DNA from: Vicinamibacterales bacterium
Lineage (GTDB): Bacteria > Acidobacteriota > Vicinamibacteria > Vicinamibacterales > UBA823
Direction of reading: 5' to 3'
Assembly: GCA_965197385.1 (NCBI GenBank)
Contig: CBDANA010000008.1
Span: 146,155 to 210,154, forward strand
DNA length: 64,000 bases
The position numbers were made by a program, and so were the translations under genes. Below are positions 48,562 through 57,708 of this stretch, piece by piece (the stretch's first letter is position 1; each line of letters opens with the position of its first letter). Under the pieces are notes generated by a model. That model was given only the letters and a program-made list of their open reading frames with translations, was not told where the DNA came from and did no database searches.

Positions 48562-48703
48562 ATACGGCCGCATTCGGCCGCCAATGCATCCCTCCCACGG
48601 CGTTCCTCGTCGGTCGAATACTGCCGGTATGCTCCCTCCTCGCGCCTTGCGGGGCGGGCGCCTCGACGCCCTCGGTGCCTGGCCGTATTTATGATACGGA
48701 CCA
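48547..48703 (-). repeat. MITE-like element, copy I (variant termini)
   Basis: CTAAG|TGGCCCGTGTCATAAATACGGCC ... GGCCGTATTTATGATACGGACCA|CTAAG. The 5-bp flanking repeat is perfect, and the core is shared with the other copies. Confidence 0.85.
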
Positions 48704-48716
48704 CTAAGATTGGCCG

Positions 48717-51440
48717 CTAGCAGAGTCGAAATCGATGGGCCGCGGACTGCTCGTCACCCCGCCAGTCCGCGACGCCCGCTCCGCTGGGCACCGACTCGAG
48801 CCACCGCACGAAGCCAACGGGCAGAACGCCCGCCAGACTCCCGCGGCCAGCCACGACGCGATCGCCCGAGCGCAGCATGCTCAGATAGAGCGCATCGCGT
48901 GCCCTGGTCACGGCGACATACAGTAACCGTTTCGTTTCTTCGAGCGCCCGCGCCCGCTCCTCGTCATCGATCTCCCCAGCGATCTCCTCAGCGGAGCCTC
49001 CTACCGTGACCGAGGGTAGGCCATCCCCGCGATCAGCCAACACGTGAATCGGCGCGCGCGCGCCGCCGACCCCGCGCGAGAGGCCGACCACGAACACGAT
49101 CGGAAACTCCAGTCCCTTGGCTGCATGAATGGTCATCATGTGCACCGTGCCGGCGGCATCGATCGTTGCGTTGGATTCGTCGCCGGTGGACAGGTGGTCG
49201 ACGTGGTCCGCGATTCGCGCCAGGGTGGCGTATCCATGGTTCTGGATGCGCCGCACCAAGCTTCGCATCTTCTTCAAGTTCTCCCGAGCCTGCCGGACGC
49301 GCGGCCCCCGAAGCTCGTACAGATAGGCCGATTCGCGGATCGCGCGATCGACCAGTTCGGCTGGCGGAAGCCGATCGACGAGGCCGAGCCACCGCCGGGC
49401 CCCCACACGTACCAACTCGAGACGACGGCGATCGAGGGCCGGCAGCGACTCCAGGGCGGCTGGCGCCCCGGCCCCCGCGATCGCCTGCGCGAGGCCAGGC
49501 GCCAGGTGCCGCAGCGCCTCATCGGACAGTCGGACGAATCCCGACCGGAGAAAGGCCGCAGCCCAGAAATCGGAGGCCGGGTGGGCCAAGAATCGCATCA
49601 GCGCCAGGAAGTCCTGGATCTCGTCGGCTCCGAAGAACCCGAGGCCTCTGTAGACGTAGACCGGAACGCCTCGCGCGGACAGGACGCGCTCGTACTCCCG
49701 GTGGCTGGCACGGGCGCGGAACAAGACGGCGATGTCATCGGGGCGGACGCTCCGGTGCACACCAGTGCGTGGATCCCGCACCGTGACGCCGGCCAGCAGT
49801 CGCTCGATTTCCGATGCCACCGCTTCCGCACAGCCTGTCTCTTCCTCGGCCATGGCCAGGCCGAGCAGCGCATGTTCCGTTGGCGCCGGCGGTGTCGAGG
49901 CGCCGTCGTCTTCCGTCAGGGGGAAGCGGTCGTGTCCGTCGTATCGGAAGGCATCCGACCGGCCGGGGACCTTCTCGATCGCGCTGGAGAGATCGTTCAC
50001 GAACCGTAGGAGTCCAGGGACGGCGCGAAAGCTCCGAGTGATCGCTGTTCGCACCGGCGATCCGGGGCGCAGTCGCCCAATGTAGTCACCCGCTTCGGCA
50101 AACAGCGACACGTCGGCGTCGCGGAAGCGATAAATCGACTGCTTGCGATCGCCGACAACGAAAATGGACGGCGGCACGGGCGCATCCTGCACGAGACCGA
50201 CGCCCTCCCCCCACGACTGCACGAGCAGCGACACCAGCTCCCATTGCGCCCGGCTCGTGTCTTGAAACTCGTCAACGAGCACGTGGTGGTATCGCGACTC
50301 GAGGCGATATCGGCTCTGCGCGAACTCGTCCATCTGGCGCAGAAGCCCCAGGGCCAGGCGCTGGACGTCGATGAAGTCCAGGACAGCATGTTGCCGCAAC
50401 GTTTGACGGTACTCTCGCTCGGCGATCCGGTAGACGCGCCAGACCGTACGTGCCAGTACCACGCCGACGCCACGACGGTAGTCGGTCGTGATCGCCGCGA
50501 AGGCTGGTGCCAGCCGCCGGACGGCCTCGACGTGCCGCGTCCGCGATGCGCTAGACGGAAATTCGACGCGCGCGTACGCCGTACGCTGCCGCGGCTTCCC
50601 GGCCCGGGTCAGTACGTGCTCGGAGAGACGATCGAGCAGGCTGCGCACGTCCGCAGGGTTGCAACCGAAGGTGTCCAGGCACCGCAGGTCGGCGGCCAGC
50701 GTGCGAAATCGCGGATGCCCGGTCGGGCCGTCGGCGAGAAACGCCTGGAGGCCGCCCGGGGCGCTCTCGAGCAAACGCCGCAGGCGCGTCATGGTGTCGC
50801 GCGCAGTCTGCTCCAGGGTCAGGCGGGTGGGCCCGTTGGCGAGAAACTGTCTCAGCGCACGTGGCGCAACGAGGCGATGGCGCAGCAGCCACACGAGCCC
50901 CGTCCGAAGGTTCGTCGCCCCGAGGCGGGCCAGGAGCAGCGCCACGCCTTCATCTCGGGGCACCAGCGCGCCGAAGATTCGCTGCGCCCGATCGAGCGCC
51001 TGCTCCATCAGGCGAGGCGCCTCCGTCTCGTCGGCAATGCCGAATCCGGGGTCGAGATCCGCCTCGAGCGGAAATTCACGCAGGAGCGACAGACAGAAGG
51101 CGTCGATCGTGGTGATGTGCACGTCGCTCAATCGGTCGCGCAGTGCCATCCACTGGCGGCGTGCCGTCTCGGACGTCGCGGCGGCCTGACGGAGCGTACC
51201 CAGAATCCGCTCGCGCATCTCCGCGGCCGCTTTGCGCGTGAACGTCATGGCAAGAATGTTCGCCGGATCGACGCCGGCACCGAGCAGATTCACGTAGCGC
51301 GCGACCAACACCGAGGTCTTCCCGGTGCCCGCTGACGCCTCCAGCACGACGTGGCGGCTCGGATCGACGGCCAGCCGGCGCGCCGCCGGGTGCTCACGCC
51401 AGGAGCGACGTTCTGCGTTGTCGCGGGATCCCGATCTCAC
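48717..51440 (-). CDS. UvrD/AddA-type SF1 helicase without a recognisable C-terminal nuclease domain
   Basis: ASAGTGKTS (Walker A), VDEFQDTS and VAVTRAR motifs. Only about 60 aa follow motif VI. GTG 51440 overlaps the upstream TGA. Confidence 0.8.
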   Translation of the reverse strand: MRSGSRDNAERRSWREHPAARRLAVDPSRHVVLEASAGTGKTSVLVARYVNLLGAGVDPANILAMTFTRKAAAEMRERILGTLRQAAATSETARRQWMALRDRLSDVHITTIDAFCLSLLREFPLEADLDPGFGIADETEAPRLMEQALDRAQRIFGALVPRDEGVALLLARLGATNLRTGLVWLLRHRLVAPRALRQFLANGPTRLTLEQTARDTMTRLRRLLESAPGGLQAFLADGPTGHPRFRTLAADLRCLDTFGCNPADVRSLLDRLSEHVLTRAGKPRQRTAYARVEFPSSASRTRHVEAVRRLAPAFAAITTDYRRGVGVVLARTVWRVYRIAEREYRQTLRQHAVLDFIDVQRLALGLLRQMDEFAQSRYRLESRYHHVLVDEFQDTSRAQWELVSLLVQSWGEGVGLVQDAPVPPSIFVVGDRKQSIYRFRDADVSLFAEAGDYIGRLRPGSPVRTAITRSFRAVPGLLRFVNDLSSAIEKVPGRSDAFRYDGHDRFPLTEDDGASTPPAPTEHALLGLAMAEEETGCAEAVASEIERLLAGVTVRDPRTGVHRSVRPDDIAVLFRARASHREYERVLSARGVPVYVYRGLGFFGADEIQDFLALMRFLAHPASDFWAAAFLRSGFVRLSDEALRHLAPGLAQAIAGAGAPAALESLPALDRRRLELVRVGARRWLGLVDRLPPAELVDRAIRESAYLYELRGPRVRQARENLKKMRSLVRRIQNHGYATLARIADHVDHLSTGDESNATIDAAGTVHMMTIHAAKGLEFPIVFVVGLSRGVGGARAPIHVLADRGDGLPSVTVGGSAEEIAGEIDDEERARALEETKRLLYVAVTRARDALYLSMLRSGDRVVAGRGSLAGVLPVGFVRWLESVPSGAGVADWRGDEQSAAHRFRLC

Positions 51441-54352
51441 GACGCACGCCCCTTTCGACAGACCGCCGTAAAGCCACACGACGCACACAGGCGGTCTTCC
51501 GCCGGTGCCGGGGGGAACGCTCCCCGCTCGATACCGTCAATCGCCTCCAGAAAGCGCGTCTGGCCGGCACCGAGACTCGAAGGCGTTCCGTCACCCCGGG
51601 AGATGACGGGCACCTCGAGGCGGGACCCGCCGAACGCCACGTAGGACGCCTCCGCCACACTCCAGGTCCGGCGGCGATACCCGGCCAAGGCCTGCTCTGC
51701 GCAGGCCGCATAGACGGGTAGCTGCACTGCCCGGCCGGCGTTCGGTGCGCGACCCAGCTTGTAGTCCAGCAGACGCAGGGTGCCGTCCGCGAGCAGATCG
51801 ACGCGATCGGCCACTCCGCGAAGCCTGACCTGCCGCGAGGCACCGGACGCCCCTGTTATCGAGAACGTCCCGTCGAACGTCCGCTCGAGCAATGATTCGA
51901 CGGCGTCTCCCGATCGCTCGCTTTCGAGCCGGACGAATCGCTCGACCAGGCCGGCACTCGACGCCGACCCCAGCAGGCGCGCCCGCTCGAGCTGGCGGTC
52001 AACGGCCGGTAGATCGTCCATCGCCTCCTCGACGACGTTACGCGCACACGCCAGCGCCGCGTCAATCTGGTCTTCACCGAAGCCATGGTGACCGGCGGCG
52101 TGCCACCGCTCTACCAGCGTACGGAGCACCAGGTGCAGTACTTCGCCGCGTCCACGCCGATCGAGCGTGGGCTCGTCCACCGCCTCCTCGTCGAGGCGTA
52201 GCACCGCCGCGCTGAAGTACTTGAAGGGGCAGTCCAGGTAGCGTTCGACCCGGCTCACGGCGTACCGACGCGGCTCGACCGCACCGACCGTCCCAGGCAG
52301 CTCGTCTCCAGCGGAGCCCTCGACGCGCACCGCCAGCCAGCTCGCCGTCTCGCCCGACACCTCTGAAGGCACGCCAGCGCCGCTCAAGAGCCTCTCGTCG
52401 ATGCTGATTCGAGACGTCTGATCGGACGTCTCTTCACGCGCCGGCAGCCCGGCGTCCCCAACGTCCTCCAGCAGCCCGGTCGGCGTCACGACCGTGTCGT
52501 CCTCGAGCTGAAAGGTCGACAAGACGACCTGCGCGGTCGGCAACCGCAGGAGGTCGGCGAACTCGGCACGAGCCGTCCGCGGGCGGTCGCCGTCAACCGG
52601 CCACCCCAGCTGCCGCAGCAGGGATGCCGGATAAAAGATGTTCCGGCGCGCACCGGGCGGCCAGTCCCCGTCGATCAGTCCGACGACATGCACGTGGGCG
52701 AAGCGGCCGTACCGAGCCGCTGAGGTTTCCACGAGCTGCACCCCGCCATTCCCCGGGCGACGCGCGAACAGCTCCGGTTCCAGTCGTCGCCTCAGTCGAG
52801 CTCTCAGCTCGGATACCGGGACGGCGGCGGCCGAAAACTTGGCCGCCGCCGATCGCAGCTCTCGAACGGCACCCAGGACGGCCTCGCGAGCGCGCAATTG
52901 CCGTTCACGATCGAGACCATCCCCGGTCACCGGAGCTTCCCATCGCTCCAGAAACTCGAGCAGCCGATCCCACTGAGTGGCGGCGGTACCCGCCTCTTCG
53001 ATCGGCGAGAGCGCGGCCACGATCGCCAGCACCACGGCCGGCATCCGATCGTCGTCGTGCTCGGCGCCCTCCCACCCGCCGGCAAGCACCCGCGCCAAGT
53101 GATCCAGGCCACCGGCATATCGCGCCGCCTGGAGCCGGCGGGCGAGGTGCTCGACACCTCGCCCGGACAGCGGCTCGTCGATGCCGGTGCGCAGATGAGG
53201 TGAGCGCAGCACTGCCAGCAGCGCGCCACGGGCGAAGCCCGACGCCACCGCTTCGAGGAGGAGGTGGACCAAGGCGGCATACGGTTCGGCGGCCAGGGGT
53301 ACCCCATGAAACGTCTCGAACGCGACGCGGGACGCGTCGAATACATGCTCTGCAAGGTAGACGTAGGGCAGCGGCCGTTGAAACACGACCGCGACGCTGG
53401 CGGTGCCCGAGCCACCCGCCTGCGCCAATTCCTCGCGCGACGCCTGGACCCGTCGCGCCACCGCCCACAATTCCTCCTCGCGGTCGCGGCTCGTGAAATG
53501 AAGCGCGCCATCCTGATCCGCCGGTACGAGGAGGCTCGGGGTCGTCCCCGCCGCCTCGATCCGCACCTCATCGATGCCCGGCAAGAGATCGTGCAGACGC
53601 TCGTGGTACCCACTCGCCAGCAAGGCCTCCGTCTCGACGATGTCTATCTCGGCCACCGCGGGCATTCGCGCGAGCAGATCGAAATCTACCAACCACAGCC
53701 CGTCGTCCGACACCGCCTGATCGGCCACGGTCACGATGAGGTGCGTGAACGCTGGTCGCCCTGCCTCGGCGAGCAAACGCTGGCGAAGTCCATGCTCATC
53801 CAGGCGGCCGGTTGCCTCGACGCGCCGTTCGAACCGGACGAACGCCTCGATCAGAAACCGCGTCTGCTCCAGCATCCGCGCTGCACCATGGTCGATGCCG
53901 GCGATCGGCTCCAGCTCGCCGACCGCCAATCGCTGGAAGTCGTCCAGGCTTCGCTGTTGACGACGCAGGACGTCGTAAAACGCGAGCATCTCGGCAATCA
54001 GGCCAGGTCTCGTCGCGAACGGCGCTCGGATGTCGTCGGCTTCCGCGGTTCGAGCCGCCTCGGTCAGGAGCAGCTCACGATCTGCCGCCGACAGCATCGG
54101 CGGTACGGCCGGCAACCGCTCGTGCATGCGGCGGTACCAGTCTTGGCGGGTCAGTAGGAGAGGGACGATCGCGGCGCGGCACGGCAGGCGGCGTAGCGTA
54201 CGGTGCAGTTGCTTCGCCGCCGCGCGTGACGGCACCAGGACCGCACACCCGGCGGAGGTCGCCGAGCTGGCGCCGATCGCCTCGGCGATGCCGTGCTGGA
54301 ATGACTGAAGATCCCGAGCTCTGAGAAGACGCGTCTGCCGCGGGGTGATCAC
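51437..54352 (-). CDS. AddB-like PD-(D/E)XK nuclease subunit with an Fe-S cysteine cluster
   Basis: YLDCPFKYF ... LLDYKLG ... CASCGFTAVC at the C-terminus, with a degenerate helicase-like N-terminal region. Confidence 0.8.
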   Translation of the reverse strand: MITPRQTRLLRARDLQSFQHGIAEAIGASSATSAGCAVLVPSRAAAKQLHRTLRRLPCRAAIVPLLLTRQDWYRRMHERLPAVPPMLSAADRELLLTEAARTAEADDIRAPFATRPGLIAEMLAFYDVLRRQQRSLDDFQRLAVGELEPIAGIDHGAARMLEQTRFLIEAFVRFERRVEATGRLDEHGLRQRLLAEAGRPAFTHLIVTVADQAVSDDGLWLVDFDLLARMPAVAEIDIVETEALLASGYHERLHDLLPGIDEVRIEAAGTTPSLLVPADQDGALHFTSRDREEELWAVARRVQASREELAQAGGSGTASVAVVFQRPLPYVYLAEHVFDASRVAFETFHGVPLAAEPYAALVHLLLEAVASGFARGALLAVLRSPHLRTGIDEPLSGRGVEHLARRLQAARYAGGLDHLARVLAGGWEGAEHDDDRMPAVVLAIVAALSPIEEAGTAATQWDRLLEFLERWEAPVTGDGLDRERQLRAREAVLGAVRELRSAAAKFSAAAVPVSELRARLRRRLEPELFARRPGNGGVQLVETSAARYGRFAHVHVVGLIDGDWPPGARRNIFYPASLLRQLGWPVDGDRPRTARAEFADLLRLPTAQVVLSTFQLEDDTVVTPTGLLEDVGDAGLPAREETSDQTSRISIDERLLSGAGVPSEVSGETASWLAVRVEGSAGDELPGTVGAVEPRRYAVSRVERYLDCPFKYFSAAVLRLDEEAVDEPTLDRRGRGEVLHLVLRTLVERWHAAGHHGFGEDQIDAALACARNVVEEAMDDLPAVDRQLERARLLGSASSAGLVERFVRLESERSGDAVESLLERTFDGTFSITGASGASRQVRLRGVADRVDLLADGTLRLLDYKLGRAPNAGRAVQLPVYAACAEQALAGYRRRTWSVAEASYVAFGGSRLEVPVISRGDGTPSSLGAGQTRFLEAIDGIERGAFPPAPAEDRLCASCGFTAVCRKGRAS

Positions 54353-54552
54353 CGCAGTGCCGGAGCGCGGAGTTGCCGCCCCAGATCGCCCTGGGCCTTG
54401 GCGAACAGCATCAGCGCGCCGGATGCTGCGGCTGAGGCGTCCCAGGCGGTTCCCATGTCATTGGAGCGGATGGCGCCGTGACGAAATTGCACCGATGTGT
54501 GGGCCAGTTGCACGGCTCGAACCATCAGATCGTGTATCGACTGGAACTCCAC
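54349..54552 (-). CDS. hypothetical small ORF whose stop overlaps the addB-like start
   Basis: Its TGA overlaps the addB-like GTG (GTGA). There is no clear SD and no motif. Confidence 0.3.
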   Translation of the reverse strand: MEFQSIHDLMVRAVQLAHTSVQFRHGAIRSNDMGTAWDASAAASGALMLFAKAQGDLGRQLRAPALR

Positions 54553-54567
54553 CGGCGGCGTCGACGC

Positions 54568-55758
54568 CTAGAGTAATCGCTCGGCTGTCTGGAGGTCGCG
54601 ACCGAGCCGCTCCAGGACGTCGGCGTCAAGACCGGCGATCGCCCGGATCTCCACCAGGCCGGCCTTCGAGCGGACGAACCAATTGACCGGGGCGGTCAGC
54701 GCGCGCTGATAGACGCGGAACGTCTGAATGCGTAGATTCCAGCGGTCGCGCTCAAGCCGAAGCCGCCTGGCCGCCGCGAGCCGATCATTCAGCACCAAGA
54801 CCAGGGCTCTGAACTGATTGGGTCGCTTGCGGCCCAGCGCTGCATCGCGAGCCTGGATGTCACGCCGCAGACGCTCCAGCCCGCGCACGTCAGCCTTCGC
54901 GGCGCGGCGCTCAGAGTCGTAGAGCAGCCTCCGCGTCAGATCCGCATAGGCTCGCTCGATCGATAGCTCCGCATCGATCTCCGCCGTGACGAGAACGCGC
55001 GTAGTGTTCACCCAAGGCCACGGCAGCGCCGCCGCACTGTCGTTGAGCGACCCCATAGCGGCCCGCAGGAGCGACACCCGCTCGGCCGGCGCGCGCGTCA
55101 GCCTGGCCGCGCCGAGCGCCTGCGCAATTGTCTCCTGCAGGCTGGGTGGCGGCAGCAACGGCATCGGGGGCGGACTCGACGAGATCGTCACGAAATCGAG
55201 ATCGAAGCGCTGCTCCCCCGTGGCAACGCGAATCTCAGAAATCACCTCGTCGAGTAACTCGACGATTTGCTGCACGTCACTCGACCGGTGGCCGTAGTGG
55301 TCGCGAGGCCACGCGTGCAGCGTGGTGCGGGCCCGCCTGGCAATCTCGAGCCGGAGGAACGGATCGGCCGTCAGGGCGACGTCGTTGAGCGCGTAGGCGA
55401 CTTCCGAACTCATGAGCGCAAAGTCGGATTCCCCTCGCGTTGCCACATAATGCGTCGATCGGGCTGATTCCGCGTACCGCTCGGTGGTGTGCCAGTCGAT
55501 GGTCGCCGCAGGAATGCTGACGAGATGGAGGCGCGGGTTCCTGAGATCGGCTCGGATTGGAAGTGAAAAGACGACGTCGTCACCAACCCGCGAGTATTCA
55601 CCGTAGCTGACGAGACTGGAGCCGTCCGTCAGGAAGATTCGGTACAGGACCGCGTCGAGCGCCTCGGCGCGCCCGTCCCGCGCACACGCCAACAGGAGCG
55701 CCAGCACCACGCACGCCACGCGGGCTCGAGACGTCACGCACCGACCTTTCACGCACAT
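54568..55758 (-). CDS. hypothetical secreted protein
   Basis: ATG 55758, a signal-like VVLALLLACARDGRAEA, and a helix-rich body; family not recognised. Confidence 0.5.
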   Translation of the reverse strand: MCVKGRCVTSRARVACVVLALLLACARDGRAEALDAVLYRIFLTDGSSLVSYGEYSRVGDDVVFSLPIRADLRNPRLHLVSIPAATIDWHTTERYAESARSTHYVATRGESDFALMSSEVAYALNDVALTADPFLRLEIARRARTTLHAWPRDHYGHRSSDVQQIVELLDEVISEIRVATGEQRFDLDFVTISSSPPPMPLLPPPSLQETIAQALGAARLTRAPAERVSLLRAAMGSLNDSAAALPWPWVNTTRVLVTAEIDAELSIERAYADLTRRLLYDSERRAAKADVRGLERLRRDIQARDAALGRKRPNQFRALVLVLNDRLAAARRLRLERDRWNLRIQTFRVYQRALTAPVNWFVRSKAGLVEIRAIAGLDADVLERLGRDLQTAERLL

Positions 55759-55842
55759 GAAAACTGCACCCAGCCTAGTGCGGCCTCTGCACGCGGTCAA
55801 GCAGCGCACCCATGCGGACAGACGCCGACCGCGGCATCCCAG

Positions 55843-55910
55843 CAGGCCGTGGTAAAAGTCGCGCTGTGGAAACCTTGTGGACCGTCAGTGCATGCCTTGT
55901 GGACGGTCTG
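55843..55910. repeat. MITE-like element, internally deleted copy L
   Basis: CCAG|CAGGCCGTGGTAAAAGTCGCGC ... GGACGGTCTG|CTAA. Only the terminal parts are retained. Confidence 0.55.
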
Positions 55911-55993
55911 CTAACGTCATTTTTTTTGATCGTGCTTCCCCAACAAAGCGATCGAATCTGCCGTCAACCCGCGTCCTTCGTCGTTTCTTCCGC

Positions 55994-56021
55994 TTGACGA
56001 CGATCGATGAATCAATAGAAT
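55994..56021 (+). promoter_or_regulatory. candidate sigma70-type promoter
   Basis: TTGACG (55994-55999), a 16-nt spacer, then TAGAAT (56016-56021), upstream of ORF 56065. Confidence 0.35.
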
Positions 56022-56064
56022 CGCATCTTCGCTGGCCCGTCACACATCGACCTCTGACAACGCC

Positions 56065-56280
56065 GTGAACGTCCATCGCTTCGAAGAAATCATCAACGGC
56101 CGGCAGTACGAGATCGAAGTGTCGTCGGTCGATGCGACCATCTGGCGCGCGCGGCTGGCCCGCGTGCCCGGCGGCGCGTCGGCTTTGATGCCGTTCTACG
56201 GTGCCACGCCGGACGATGCAGCACGACAGTTGACGGACTGGCTCGCGCTTGCGCACCGCGGCTCGACGAAGTCAGTATAG
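56065..56280 (+). CDS. hypothetical small protein
   Basis: 71-aa ORF downstream of the candidate promoter; no motif. Confidence 0.35.
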   Translation: MNVHRFEEIINGRQYEIEVSSVDATIWRARLARVPGGASALMPFYGATPDDAARQLTDWLALAHRGSTKSV

Positions 56281-56342
56281 AGCAATCCTCTGCAGGAGCC
56301 GGAGCTGCCTCGGCCTCGGCCCGTGCTCGAAGAAGGAGAGCC

Positions 56343-57410
56343 ATGACTCGTTTCGCCATACTGGCTGCGCTCATCCTCCTGCCACCGACCGTTCAGGTGT
56401 CGGCCCAGACCGCCGAACCACCGCGCGTGCGCCTGATCGCCACCGGTGGAACGATCTCCAATCGATCCAGCGGGCGCCTGACGGCCGAGGAACTGGTCAC
56501 TCTCATCCCGAACCTCACGCAATATGCGCGCGTCGAGTCCGAGCAGTTCGCCAACGTCGCCAGTTCGCAGCTGACACTGAAACAGTGGCTCAGGCTATCG
56601 CACCGCGTGAACGACGTGCTCGCTCAGGATCCAGGCCTGGCGGGCGTGGTCATCACGAGCGGCACCGACACCCTCGAAGAAATGGCCTATTTTCTGCACT
56701 TGACCGTGCGCAGCGACCGGCCCGTCGTGGTCGTCGGCGCCATGCGGAATCCCAGCACGCTCGGATACGAAGGTGCGGTAAACCTGCAGCAGGCGTTCCG
56801 TGTCGCGGCGGCGCCACAGTCGCGAGGGAAAGGCACGCTCGTCGTGCTGAACGACGAAATCAACTCGGCCCGGGAAGCGACCAAGACCGACTCCCTACGA
56901 CTCCACACGTTCCGGACACGAGGCTACGGCGTCCTGGGTGTCGTCGACCGTGATGGGCCGGTGTACTACCGAAGCCTGCTTCGCCGGCATACCTACCGGA
57001 GCGAGTTCGATCTGGCCGGCGTGACCAAGCTGCCGCGCGTCGACGTGATCATGGTCTACCAGGGGGCCCCGGGCGACCTGATCGAATCGGCCGTCGACGC
57101 CGGCGCGCGCGGCATCATCATTGCCTCGGCTGGCGCCGGTGCAACGAGCGGCAGCCAGCGGGAAGCGATGACCTACGCGCACGAACGTGGCGTCTTCACC
57201 GTCGTGAGCACACGGACCGGCGGTGGCCGGGTCATGCCCAGGCGTCCTCCGTCGATCGACCAGGAAATGACCGAGGCGCAGCGGTTGAGCGCGCGCTATC
57301 GAATCGCCGGGCAGGACGTGACGCCGATCAAGGCGCGCATCCTCCTCATGCTGGCCCTGACCCGCACCGACGAGGCAGAGGAGATCAGGCGGGTGTTCGC
57401 GGAGTACTGA
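56343..57410 (+). CDS. ansB: L-asparaginase, type II (periplasmic)
   Basis: Signal peptide, IATGGTIS and ITSGTDTLEE motifs. Confidence 0.88.
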   Translation: MTRFAILAALILLPPTVQVSAQTAEPPRVRLIATGGTISNRSSGRLTAEELVTLIPNLTQYARVESEQFANVASSQLTLKQWLRLSHRVNDVLAQDPGLAGVVITSGTDTLEEMAYFLHLTVRSDRPVVVVGAMRNPSTLGYEGAVNLQQAFRVAAAPQSRGKGTLVVLNDEINSAREATKTDSLRLHTFRTRGYGVLGVVDRDGPVYYRSLLRRHTYRSEFDLAGVTKLPRVDVIMVYQGAPGDLIESAVDAGARGIIIASAGAGATSGSQREAMTYAHERGVFTVVSTRTGGGRVMPRRPPSIDQEMTEAQRLSARYRIAGQDVTPIKARILLMLALTRTDEAEEIRRVFAEY

Positions 57411-57459
57411 GCACCCACCGGGTGGATCGCTCGGCACCGGACGACGGAGAGAAGGGAAT

Positions 57460-57535
57460 TGGTGGACCAGACGGGGTTCGAACCCGTGACCTCGTGAATG
57501 CCATTCACGCGCGCTCCCAGCTGCGCCACTGGCCC
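57460..57535 (-). tRNA. tRNA-Ala (anticodon GGC), CCA encoded
   Basis: rc folds as a cloverleaf: GGGCCAG/CTGGTCC acceptor with G3:U70, D stem GCGC, anticodon loop AUGGCAU, T arm ACGGG-TTCGAAC-CCCGT, and ACCA. Confidence 0.92.
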
Positions 57536-57546
57536 ACGGTGACTAG

Positions 57547-57704
57547 AACCCATCTCATAAACCACGCCGGCATTCGGCCGCCGATGCATCCCGTCCCGCG
57601 GCGTTGCTCATCGGTCAAATACGGCCGGTATTCTCCCTCCCCGCGCCTGGCGGGACGGGCGCCTCGACGCCCTCGGTGCCTCGCCGTGGTTTATGGGATG
57701 GGTA
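57547..57704 (-). repeat. MITE-like element, copy J (variant termini)
   Basis: CTAG|AACCCATCTCATAAACCACG ... CGTGGTTTATGGGATGGGTA|CTAA. It lies between the mocA-like stop and tRNA-Ala. Confidence 0.85.
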
Positions 57705-57708
57705 CTAA

